Below, one piece after another: positions 1 to 13,800 of a DNA stretch of 64,000 nucleotides. Every line of letters starts with the position of its first letter. Position 1 is the stretch's first letter. The translations under genes and the position numbers were made by a program. The notes beneath the pieces are model-generated. The model was not told the origin of the DNA. It was given only the letters and a program-made list of their open reading frames with translations, and did no database searches. Origin of the DNA: Catajapyx aquilonaris (lineage: Eukaryota); the NCBI GenBank assembly GCA_000934665.2, contig JYFJ02000072.1, positions 1-64,000 on the forward strand. Direction: 5' to 3'.

Positions 1-736
1 AGTTCACAACCTATGCCTATGTGGGTGGGCACAGTAATGAGGCCTGGACCAGCCGATTTATTAAGGTTTTCCAAATCGGTTGGTCCAAACCTAACTTCTG
101 TAGGAGTATTGGTTCTCAAGTTATGTGCTGTTGACAATACGTCAATTGTTGGATGCATATAACAAGAAATGCCGCAAATTAAAGAAATTTACAGTTCGAG
201 TGATAGTTTTTAAAAAAAATTGTTGTTATTTTTTTGTGTTAGGCGTTTACTTATTGCCATAAATAAAAAATAATAAAGCATGAATTAGTTATGATTACCT
301 TTATTTATTAATATTTATAGTTGAAAATGTGTTCGAGATTATTATTATTTTTTAAAACAAAATAGGTAATATCTGCGCCTTTGTTGAACCTAGAATGACC
401 GCTCCTTTTTTGGTTTGTAGCGTTATTCATGACACTTTCAACAGCGCCTCTCACTTTCAATTTGTACTATAAATTTAGGCTTGAGAAACAAAAAACCTCC
501 GCTTGGGGAGTGAAGCTAAACTTTTGACAGGTAGTGTACATGTCAAACATGTCCTTCTTTGCAAAACACATTGATTCTTCAACAGCTACTCTACGGTCCA
601 GAGTTTAGTATACCAGCTAATCGGATCACTTCAGGATTTGCAACGCCATAAAACATTCCTTTATTCTGCAACTGTTCCTCAATGGTGTGTTTTTGTAAAT
701 GCTGAAGTAGTGATATGACACAAAGAGACAACTCAC

Positions 737-1106
737 ACTGCTCTTCCTTAGTATTGTAGTAATCCTTATCAATGATAAAATCGCCTCCGATGACGTCGTA
801 CATGAGCTCAAAGGAGTTCATGATCTCGATGTTGCGTCCCTTCTGCTTCCCAATGATGGCTCCAATCACTGCAAAATGACGATTCCATTAAAAAAGCGTG
901 TTCCCCATTCCTCCAATCATTTCAAACACACCTGGCTGCGGCTTCCCCTCCTGCGCCCTGATCCTGGTCCAGTGCTCGGAGATGTTCATGATGACCAGCG
1001 GGTGAAGGGATACGGACACGCTTCCGACGGTTCCCGAAGACGCCATCACGCTCTTCTGGTTTATTTCGTCCACCTCCATACTTCCGCCACCACCGCCGCC
1101 GTCCAT
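737..1106 (-). CDS. COPS6: COP9 signalosome subunit 6 (MPN domain), first two coding exons; gene continues beyond the window start
   Basis: Exon 1 is 1106-932 ([13 protein letters not shown]...[30 protein letters not shown]). After a GT-AG intron (931-869), exon 2 is 868-737 ([22 protein letters not shown]...[11 protein letters not shown]), followed by a GTGAGT donor. Motifs match the CSN6 MPN domain. No further exon was found in 1-736. Confidence 0.93.
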
Positions 1107-2273
1107 CTTCACAGCCTCCACCCTGACCTGATCTGCTGGTAGCGAGGAGAGCACGGGTTCTAAAGGTGAAACCAAGGAGAATTTTGCGGGCAACAACAGT
1201 GAGGTCTTCGCAGAGAAGCTATTTCTGTTGTTCTCGGGCTCGTTCCGATCAATGTCGCCTCATGCATGGGAACAGCGGGAGGGAAGCTATTCAGGTGCAT
1301 TCGGATCGAGGACAGATAAAAACAGTTTATAATATTAAATCAGAGCTACTGTACTTCTGATTTTATCAACACCAATTATTTTTTTGCAACTGGTAATCTA
1401 GTACGATTTAATTATGAAATTGGAGACGAAGCTGCTTGTGTATGTACTTTCTCGCATTGTCGCACTGCAGGACACGTACTGTACAATGTCAACGATTTAT
1501 GCACATTACTGTACTGATAGGAAATTACACATATGAAAGGGAATGTGGCACCATTATCTACTTCTGGCTCCACAAATTCAGTCCACTGATATGTGGTGAG
1601 ATTCCGTGATGGCCAAGCATTGCAATTTTGTTGTCGCCTCCAAATATTTAAACAAAATTGCAATGCTTGGCCATCACGGCATCACCACATATCAGTATCA
1701 GAGGCTGTTGCAGCACATCCTCCGATGGCATTTATTGTGCAGCATCCGCAATGTTCAGCGTCCGTGCAGATAAGAAATCAACATGCGAGATTGAAGCGGT
1801 CGACACGCATGTGATACGCATAATAAAACCGCCCACATATTTTCCAGATCGTCCTCCCTGGGTGATGGCCTGGTGGGTACGTCACCCTACGTCAGCCACG
1901 ATCCGAATGCGCGACCCTCCACGTTGGCACCCAAGATTCTACACTCCTCGATTTTCAATAACTGTTCTACCCCACGCGACAGATCAGTTTATCCGCTCAA
2001 GTACTCTGAACTAGACATGCACTAGCAATAGGGCCAGTCTTTGCATCCCGGTTCGCCATACTTCGGTCAAAAGAGTGTGGTGTTGTGTGGGATTACTTCC
2101 CGGCCTGCACTAGATGGTGGCGGAGGGCTACCCGTAGTGGGCCAGCTGTTTGAGGTATTCGTCCGCACAACAAACGTGGCCGCCGGAGCGAGCTGACGTA
2201 AGCAGGCAAACAGCCGCTGATTTCGCCTCACTTCTCCCGTGGAAACAGAGCTGAGAGCAGGTTCAGAGCAGAG
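1107..2273. promoter_or_regulatory. Divergent (bidirectional) promoter region, COPS6 / SERP1
   Basis: Head-to-head start codons about 1.17 kb apart. Locally CpG-rich. Contains several ACGT-core bZIP-type motifs (TACGTCA 1878 and 1888, ACGTGG 2174, TGACGTA 2194). Confidence 0.6.
1585..1696. repeat. Long inverted repeat (hairpin): 15 bp outer and 29 bp inner perfect stems, 18-nt loop
   Basis: 1585-1632 (ACTGATATGTGGTGA-gatt-CCGTGATGGCCAAGCATTGCAATTTTGTT) is the reverse complement of 1651-1696 apart from a 4/2-nt internal loop. Confidence 0.85.
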
Positions 2274-3984
<1,711 letters not shown>

Positions 3985-4367
3985 AAGGGAATTGGAAATG
4001 GAGGTGAAATTTAAGACACCGACAACGCTTGGTCTACACCTGGAAGCACAATCCTCTCTAAACTTGTACAACGGGACACATAAAATCAGGGGTTTATTTA
4101 TTGGCTCAAAATTAGGTAGCACACTACTTTCTGTACTACAACTTTCCCATTCTCGCACTTGTAAAACTAGAGACTTTTCTTTTGGTGCAAGATGTGTGTT
4201 AAGTTTTTTTCCTTTGAGTTCTCTATGGTTGTTTTGTACATATTGTATGCTCAGTTAAAATGAGGGAATGAAAAGACAGGCATGAGTATGGTGGGGGAAA
4301 AAAGGTGACCATTCCGATTTTATATACGCTCAATGTGTCCCGCTCAGGATACAGAAGTGGTGGCGAT

Positions 4368-4409
4368 AATAAAAAAATAAAGTTTGCATATTGATTGCAT
4401 AACTTTATT
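4368..4409. terminator. Convergent polyadenylation signals for SERP1 (+) and MPI (-)
   Basis: AATAAA at 4368-4373 and 4376-4381 on +. TTTATT at 4404-4409 reads AATAAA on -, 79 nt past the MPI stop. Confidence 0.55.
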
Positions 4410-4487
4410 TGAAGGCACTTGAGGGAATGTCAAACACAACGGGGAAACATTTGGAATGTTCTAACATTACTCCTGAATATTCATAAT

Positions 4488-6959
4488 TTACAGTGGACAA
4501 AAGGCCTGGAACATCAGCACGGAGTTATTGCTCTTGTTCACAGTCATCTTTTGCTCAGCCTTCAAAAATAACACCATACCTCGTTTAATATCACCTGAAC
4601 CCTGAACAACTAAGATGATGGATGCTGCACTCCTTGGAATGATCTGGTAGGGTTCACGTCCAGCTGGAATATCAATCTTGGCTACAGCAAAATCTGGGAC
4701 AGGAGGCCTGAAAACCACAGTGAAGTCATCTTCCTTAATTCCCTTGAATTTCTTCTCCTCAGAAGTACCTTGGATGTACGTTAGCATCTCACACAGAGTC
4801 GGTACATCCTTAAGCTTTGGAGTTAAGCCAGCACGGACCACATTGTCAGAACATGCCATGCATTCCACACAATCTGGAAAGTCATGCGTTTCAATAGAAA
4901 ATATTTAGTGACAACATACACTTGCAAAAATTGCTAATACTTACTACTATTAATATTTTAAAAATATGAGTAAGTTATTGCATGCTTTTATAGTAACTGC
5001 TCTGGAGCCAGGCCTGGGAAATTGCTGCAGCTCTCCAACAATTCAAATATTTCAGGGCTCTTGGAAGTGATCAAGCTGTTGACTTGACCTTGTACTGTCC
5101 TTGAAAGGCATTAACAAATCAATGTATTGTCAAACCCAAGGTCAAACCTACTGATTTACAAAATATGTTAGGTTTGTAAAATTTTCATACTTCTATGCCC
5201 GATTGCACCAACGAAATTATCGATTCGATAGCTCCTGACATCATTAGCACACATTACAAGGGCTCCTAACTTGGTAATTTGGGTTGGTACAATTGGGCAT
5301 TAGAGGTGGAACAAGGTTGACGACAGCTTCAAAAACTAACTTGTCACCCATGCTCAGTCCAGATATGCACCATTTTGTGTCCATGTCATGCAGCAGAAAA
5401 TGAGTTGAATGTTACGTGACTTACAGACTCCACACAAAATCAGGGTCGTGACTCTTCAGTGGAATTTTTCAAAATTGTGCTCTCAACATAACCTTCGCCA
5501 TATCATGAACTCACGTCTTCATTGTACAAATCTGGCACATGCTATTGTCCACCTATTCCTATTGTCGCTTTGAGTATGGCAGTGAGGTACTTGGAGGCCC
5601 CTTTTATGGGTTCGACCAAGGTTCGACATATTGAAAAACTTATCTTCACTTAAGAAGCTTCTGGGATAATAGAAATGCAAATTCTACAGGTTCAGGGCCC
5701 TTGCTTTATACTGCATTTATGACTGGCAAAGCTAGATCAGAGACAATAAAAATAAAAATCTCATGAATAACAAAAAGTGTCTAAAGACGTGTATTAGAGC
5801 TCAATTCTGAAATGCAGTAATAAATTGATGGATAGTTGGGTATTGAGCGTAGTGCACTATTTATACAAAATTGAGTCTGGTCAAGTGTGGTGCCACCCTT
5901 CGGAGTCTTAGCCAACACATTTTCAGCCATGTGATGAACATGGTTAAATTTCTACTAATCTTGGTCAGGCAACAAGGCCGAGGTGCAGTTAGTTTCAGCT
6001 TCTGTGCAATATCACCTTAGCATCTAATTACTGCATAGACTGTAAGTTAGGCACTGTTTGAAAAATATACAGTAGTTGGACACAGTTTATTAGATTTACC
6101 TCCAGATAAGTAGGCATGTGGCTCATTCGGTCCCAAAAACATGGCTTCCCCTGGCTTCAGTAGGACATAGTTGAAGAAGTATATGCCAAAGCATCCAACA
6201 TCATCTGCGTTTTAGAAAGACATGATCAGTTTTCACAATAGCTATAAATTTAAAGGCATTACCTGGAAACTCGGACATTAGGCGCAATAGCAAGTCCCCC
6301 AAAACATCAGGACGTGCAGACTCTTCCATGGCTTCAACCCTTGCAACCAAAGCTCTCAGGTCAGCCTTCATCTTTACCTCAGGATATGTCATGAGGGAGT
6401 TGAAACATGCTTTGAGTGCCTCCTTGACATTGGCCTCATCTGCTGATGCAAGTGCCACTGCATTTTCGTTCTTCACAATGTTTCTCAACTCAGGAACACG
6501 CTCAAAAAAATTAAGGATCTCTGCCAGGGGCCTGAATCCACACAACGCTTCAAATGGAGTTAATGCCAATGCCATCTCTGGCTTGTGGTTTGGATCGCGA
6601 TACAAGTCAGGTCGCAGCTTGTGAAGCTTTTCAGCATGTTTCTTATCAGGGTGTGCCTGTATGGACAGTGCCTTTCTGATTGACAGCACCTTGAAGAGGA
6701 ATGGAAGCTCCTTTCCGAACTTGGTTGTTGCTGCCTTCCCCAGCGACTCTGGGTTGGCTGCAATCCATTCAGACAAGAGTTGCTTCGAATTTTTGATACG
6801 TGATGGACCACTTGGGTGGGTCCCCATCCACAGTTCAGCAAAGGGCTTATCAGGGGTGACGTTTCCAACTGCACCGTTGATCACGGCAAGCTGTGCCACT
6901 TCACTAGTTGAGCCCAGTTTCCCCCAATCATAGTTCTGTACTGCACAAGTCAGCTCCAT
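4488..6959 (-). CDS. MPI: Mannose-6-phosphate isomerase (type I PMI), 395 aa, 3 coding exons
   Basis: Exons 6959-6263, 6204-6100 and 4873-4488 total 1188 nt in frame. Motifs: [73 protein letters not shown] 61-nt GT-AG intron (7054-6994) probably lies in the 5' UTR; there is an in-frame stop upstream of the ATG. Confidence 0.96.
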
Positions 6960-7874
6960 TAGCACCAGCTTCGTTGATTAGTATGCAGATCAACTGTGGA
7001 AGAATGTAGACTGGAATGAGCCAGTGCATTGTAATAATTGTAGTGAAAACTTACCACCAGTGACACCCTGTCTCCTGAAGACTGGATGAAGTTCCTGGCA
7101 AATTGGGCTGGGCTGCTACGTGACAGAGGAAAGAGGTCACACTTCACAGCAGACGACGCAGCGCATATCAGCCACGTTTTTTGCCCACCTCATCAAGACA
7201 ACCTGCATGTAATCTTGATGTAATCGCTATTTGCAAACCATATCTCAGGGGTGTCAGACAAACGTTTTATTGAATTTCGTCACCTTCACATTTGGCTGGA
7301 TGCCCTCTTGTTATTTCAAGAACTGACGTCGTGGTCCAAACGTGACAGTGACAATATCAGGTGACACTGTCAACACACGAGGACCTTAACAACTGCTACC
7401 TTGTCATGGGAGCAGATTTGGTATTAGTTTTTCACATTTTCGCTGAGGAGTCTGTCTCGCGTCTCGCCAGGACATGTGATGGTACAAGCCTTACTAGATT
7501 CAGGTGTGGTGATATAACTGCAGCACCTGCATCTCGGCAGCTGTAATGCGTGTAATACGGGTAATTGCAACAGGCAACAATATTGTTGTTGACATGGTTG
7601 TTAACTACCAGTAGCAGCTCTGCTATAAATCCCTGCCAGTGCAGTGTAGCCAATCCCGTGGCCCTATCGAATGCTACCCTTTCTCCCCCACTTCCCATTC
7701 TCCTCCCTGCTCCTTCCCCCAGAGCCCAACCAGAAGAACACAAGTACACAACTCCAGAAGCAGCCGCAGCAGCCAGGAGTCAGTATTGAAGGACCGTGGT
7801 CTCAGCTGTGTCGTCCCTTCCATCCGGTCCTGCTTCCGGAGGGGTCAAGGGTCACTGGGGTCAGCAGAGAGGGA
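6960..7874. promoter_or_regulatory. Divergent promoter and 5' UTR region, MPI / TPP2
   Basis: Head-to-head genes about 0.9 kb apart. CRE-like TGACGTC at 7324, TGACAGTGACA...GTGACACTGTCA dyad at about 7343-7372, TATAAA at 7624. Confidence 0.55.
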
Positions 7875-10800
7875 ATGATGGCAGCCGTGGTAGGGACTGA
7901 CTTCCCGGTCTGGGGACTCCTGCCCAAGAGGGAGACCGGGGTCAGCCAGTTCCTGCAGAAGTACCCGGAGTACGACGGGAGGGGACTCACCATTGCCATC
8001 TTCGACTCGGGGGTCGATCCTGGAGCGCCCGGATTGCAGGTATACACACACGTCACTCGGACTCTGACAGCTCCAACACTCATGTTCCAATCATGCACAA
8101 CTACACAAGGAGGGCCTGTGGAGGGCCATACTGTTTGCAAGTCATCTGTTACATTATCCTAAAATGGTGAAGAAGACAGCCTTGAATGGAGGGACATTTT
8201 GGTCCACTCCCTATAGGTAGCTAAGGAAAGTTGCAAAACATTGCAGCATGCTGGGCACCATTGCCAAGGTGGTGTCTAGCCAAATGATGCAACTGGCTGG
8301 AATTTTCTTTGTTTGGGGGGGAGCCCTTGGGTTTATATTCGGTTCAAGGTTGCTGGCAGCTTTGCTGTCTTGTAGGAATTAGCTGCCAATTTTATAGAAC
8401 TCTGCACGTGGACAGGGACAGGAATTCCTCCATGTTGTTGGGCTGAGCTCCTTGAATACATTACAGAATATTTTCATGGTCACTCATTTGGGCTAGATTT
8501 ATGCATGTTCAATAAATTGGAAAAGGAAATTATGACAGTTATAACCAGAGAAGCACTCAGCAACTGAAGTTGTTGGGTGCTCAAAATGCTCCATATTTTA
8601 AATTTTTGCATTGGTTGCATAAATGAACATATCCAGCAGGATTCTAAAATATTATGCAGATGTTAACACTGCCAATTTATTCTCACAGCAGGTTCATTTT
8701 GACATGCACCATAATTATAGGATTAGAGATGATCTAATTTTTGTGTACTGCATTGTGAATGAGATCTCATGTACAGGGAGTTCCAACTGAAAAGCTTGTA
8801 ATGGTAGGATTTTTTTTGGGCACTAGTTACACTTTAATCATTTACATTGCATGCTGACATCACGTTATAGATGTTTAAGAGACGGAATTGCATTTAAAAT
8901 GGGTATCTGGAGTTGCTTCTACAATGCTATGGCAGTTTGGGTCACAGATGATAGAAATCTCTCACTAAGGGATCAAAATACTAAGGGTTACAAGAGGTGA
9001 AGTGGAATAATAACCATCTTCAGCATTGCTTTTTTTTCTTACATTTTTAAAATTTTAAGCTATTGGCACACCATAAATGCCACTCATCCAGTATGACACA
9101 AAAGGACGTGTTCATGAAATCTAATGTTTGTTTGAGTGGGGAGGAACCAAAGCAATAACACACTCTGGCTGGTAGAAGGTACTATATCGCTCAAAAACAG
9201 AGACGATTTTGCATTTGACTCAAGTGCAGCCTGCACTTGAATCAAATGCATATGTTTTTGAGCGATATAGTACATAGTTGGGACAGATGGCCATAGAACC
9301 AAAAAGAGAGAAAGAAGACAGGAAAGACTGCTCCATCCTTTTGTCTGCCTCTTACTCCAAAAAGACCTTTCCAGCATGGGTGACCCTGCCAGTAGATGGA
9401 ACTGTGGCTATTATAAATCTCCTGGATTTCCAAGAGTGGAAGGTGGAGATACCATTGGCACAATCTAATATTTCCAATATTACTTTGGGTAACCACTGAA
9501 TGTAACCATTTAATAATAACTTCTAAAAATAGACAGTGTAATGCCAAATAATTGCTAACCACTATGGGTACTTGGGCAGTGGGAACACTCTGGATTCAGT
9601 CAGGTAGTCTAGGCACAATAGTTTTCAGATAATAATATGATTTTGCAACTCAACCAAGCATATGATATGATAATATTTCAGACAACCACAGAGGGCAAAC
9701 CCAAAGTGATAGACAGATTAGACTGCAGTGGCGCTGGTGATGTTGACACTTCAACTATAGTAGAAGCCAAGGAAGGTTACGTCACAGGACTGACAGGAAG
9801 GAAACTAAAAGTGAGCCTAAATAATATCGCTGTTGCCATTGGTAGCTAATTAAAAATTGTACCATTTTAGATTCCCTCATCATGGAACAACCCTACAGGC
9901 AAATACCGAATTGGGATGAAGAATGCCTTCGAACTCTATCCATCAAAATTGAAAGAAAGGATTGTGAAAGAGAGAAAGGAGAAGCAGTGGGACCCACACC
10001 ACAGGAAGGCTCTGGCCCAGGTGTCTCAAGCTATGCAGGTTTGTGCAGCTTGCATACAGCATTGTTGATCAGACTTACAACATGGATATTTTTAAAAGGA
10101 TATGGATTCCAAGGCTTCCAGCCCAACAACTACCGTAGAGAAGTTGAGGCGAGATGATGTGAAGGCCCAACTGGAGATACTGAACAATCTTGAGAAGAAG
10201 TACAATGATGTGGGGTCCACATATGATTGTATTTTGTTTCAGGATGAGGATGGCAAGTGGAAGTAAGTAATGGCGACTTATTTGTTTTACTTGGTATTAC
10301 TGATGCAGGGACACTACCAAGAATGGTGTTAACTTATGAAGGTATATCACATATTACACATATTACACATTAGGAACTACTAGGCTTATGTGATGATTTT
10401 ATTCATGTTGTGGTAATTGATAAGTGGATGTCATGAGAGGATGGGCCCGAGTCCACGTTACAAATAATGTGCTTATCTTTCTATGCTTACAGAGCATGCA
10501 TTGACACATCTGAGAAAGGTGATTTAGAAAGCTGCACACTTCTTGGGATGTACCGTGAAACATTCCAGTTTGCCACTTTGTCCCTGTCAGATCAACTTAA
10601 TTATAGCATCAATGTCCACAATGATGGGAACATATTGGAAATTGTCAGCATGTGCTGTGAGTAGTTACTATTCATTTTAGTAATGCCCATAATTACATTA
10701 TTTTTATCTCGAAAGTGCCCTTCACAAAGTAATATTTAACTGGTGAAATTTCCAGCGAGTCATGGCACACATGTGGCTTCCATTGCTGCTGCCCACTTCC

Positions 10801-13800
10801 CAGATGAGCCCGAGAAAAATGGCATTGCTCCTGGTGCACAGGTTATTTCCCTAACCATTGGTGACAGTAGGTTAGGGTCAATGGAGACTGGCACTGCACT
10901 TGTGAGAGCCATGGTGTATGTCATGGAACAGAAGCACTGGAAGATAGATCTCATCAACATGAGTTATGGAGAGCACTCACATTGGTCCACCACAGGGTGA
11001 GTACTAGCTAAGGGAAGAGGTTTACCTAGCCTTTGGCTTATGAAATTGTGTGGAAGACTTACAGCTAATTGATTACCTGGGGGAAGAAATTAATGTAGGA
11101 TTCAGGATGTAATAGTTCCTTTGTTTTAACAATTTTGCATATGAGCTCTTTTGATCCAGAAGCATTTGTATGTGCTTGCTTTCTTTCTTGAAAATATATA
11201 ACACATTATTTTCATAACCAAAGTGAATTTGCTTGTTTTGAAACTACATGTGACATTGCTTGAGACATGAGAGTTGCAATAAATTTGGTGGAGTAGAATT
11301 GCTGAGAAAGGAAAGGTGCTACTTTGTTGATTGCTGCTGTATGTGATATGGAACTGTGTTTTAGAACTAGCAAGTATTTTCAATGACTTGCTTCTTGTTG
11401 GTCAGTGACACAAGAAAAAAATTGAATTCTGGCACTACAGCTTGCTAGTCAACAACACCATTCATTGTTATACACAGTTTTAGCACAGTGAACTAGTCAA
11501 AATTAGAACTAACCTTTTGCAAGGGCATTGAACGATTACCTAGCTTCCCTATTTTTGCTGTGATTTTCATGTTTCACATCAGTTTTGTTGTTCTCCTGAT
11601 TTGCTAGCTTAGGGCCGGTTTCACCGAGCTTGGTATATGATAAAACCAGGTTTCTTTAGGAAAATCCATACAAATAGATAGGGATTTTGAGAAATACCCT
11701 GGTTTTATCATATACTGAGCTCGGTGAAACCGGCCCTTAATGTGTTATCTAATGAAATAACCTGTCTAACCAATTGAAATATGTGACCTGGGAGTCATGT
11801 TTTAAAGGGTATGGAATGGTTATATTAAGGAGAGGAAAAAGGACAATTGCCAGAATATATCTAGTTCCATTTTGCCTGTTGCATTTGGATGCAATCCCAA
11901 GTAGAAACAAGCTATAGGATGAGTGCACTGGTTCATTCACCTACTGCTGAATGAAGAGATTGACCTGTGAAAGGGTAGATTGTTCATACTGCTTTTATCA
12001 CTTTTGTGTGAAACTAGGTCTAATACAGTGTGTAGATATTTTCATTGTTATTATTATTAGGACTGTAGAAAGATATTTTGGATTGACCAATCCAGTTCTA
12101 CTGTATTAAGATTGAATTCTGCCGAAACTTCTACCCAAACCATATCAATCTCATTTTCACCTGTGTTGGGCTTTTTCCACAGTCGCCTGGGGGAGCTGAT
12201 GAATGAAGTAATCCACCAGTATGGCATAATTTGGGTGTCATCAGCTGGCAACCATGGGCCCGCTCTCTCCACTATTGGTACCCCACCAGATATCAGCACA
12301 AATTCTGTGATTGGAGTAGGAGCCTATGTGTCCCCAGAGATGATGGTTGCAGAGTACAGCTTAAGAGAGAAGCAACCAGGCATGCCGTACACCTGGTCGT
12401 CTCGGGGACCAACAGTGGATGGGGAAAGGGGAGTCAGTGTGTGCGCCCCAGGAGGTGCCATCACGTCTGTGCCCAACTTTACCCTCAGGGGATCACAGCT
12501 AATGAATGGGACCAGCATGGCCTCACCACATGTCTGTGGTGCCATAGGTAAGCCTTCTTTCTGCACACCCCTGGTATGGGTTCCTCTTTGTTGAGAGGAC
12601 CACACACCATCCTAGGGAATCTCTGGTGCTTCTCTTGAAGGCTCCTGACTCTTACTTTATCCCCCTGCCTCTCCTCCACTCTGCCCTTGCCTTCGCCTCA
12701 TTTTTCCATACTTGCCTTAACATGCTGTTTACTGAGTTGCAGACTCTTTAAATTTGACTTATTTTTACCTGCCTTGCAGCAGGCCTCGTTTTTTATTGGC
12801 CAATGGTTTACACACACCCTATAGTTGAAAATATTAGATGCTGAGAAAGTTTTTAATACAGTTGAATCTGGATATAACATACTTCAAGGGACCGCAGAAA
12901 TCTGTCTGTTATAACCAAGGTCTGTTGTAGCTGAATACACAAGCCATATATTGAAGTATGCTGGGACTGGCCTTTCGAGTCTGTTATAGCTGAGGCTGTT
13001 ATATCCTGATTCAACTGTATTCATGCACTCAAAGTACCACTGCTACACTAGGGTTGTTTTTTTTCTTATGCAGCCGTGATCCTGTCAGGCCTGAAAGCAC
13101 AAGGCCTTCGTTACTCACCCTACAGCGTGAAGCGTGCCCTAGAAAACACTGCTCTGCATCTGGATACATTGGACCAGTTTGCCCAGGGTCATGGGCTGCT
13201 CCAAGTGAATTCAGCTTTTGAGCACTTGGTCCAGTTTTCTGGGGAACCAGAACGAGATGTGCGCTTCCACCTGCAATGTGGACAGAACAACAAAGGCATT
13301 CATCTGAGGGGTGGGATGGCAGACCGCTCTAAAGAATGCAGTGTAACTGTTGAACCATTTTACCTCATGCACAATGACGCCAACCCAAAGGAGAAGATCC
13401 AGTTCAACATGAAATTGGCTCTGTTCTGCTCCGAGTCCTGGATATATGCTCCTGCCCATCTTGACCTTACAAATATGGCACGCATGTTCTCTGTCAAGGT
13501 TGATCCAACAGGCCTTCCTCCTGGGGCACACATTGCAAGGTTGGTGTTCTTGAAAAGAATTTCATTTTGAATTTCTGTGTATCACATAATTGTGCTTTGC
13601 TCAAAAAAGGGTAAATACTTCTCTTACAACTAAATGGCAGGCTTGTTTATGCGAGGAATGCTCTGCATCCTTCTATTAACATATGATGAGTGTTTGGGGG
13701 AGGTGTGGTGGCCGAGATGGTAGCGTCTCGGCTTGCTGAGTGAAAGGTCCCAGGTTCGATCCCCGCCTGGGAGTTCCCTTTTACCTGCGTCTCTGACCTG

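Noticed and set aside
1107..1196. N-terminal extension of COPS6 in ORF 888..1196
   Set aside because: Begins at a non-ATG codon. The first ATG, in good context (AAGATGG), is at 1106.
7565..7789. Signal-peptide-like ORF upstream of TPP2
   Set aside because: No ATG start in this frame, no splice support and no recognisable family.
13697..13775. tRNA gene calls for the SINE heads (also 20570-20645 and 22360-22435)
   Set aside because: A and B boxes are present but there is no complete cloverleaf. Each continues into a SINE body, tail and TSD.
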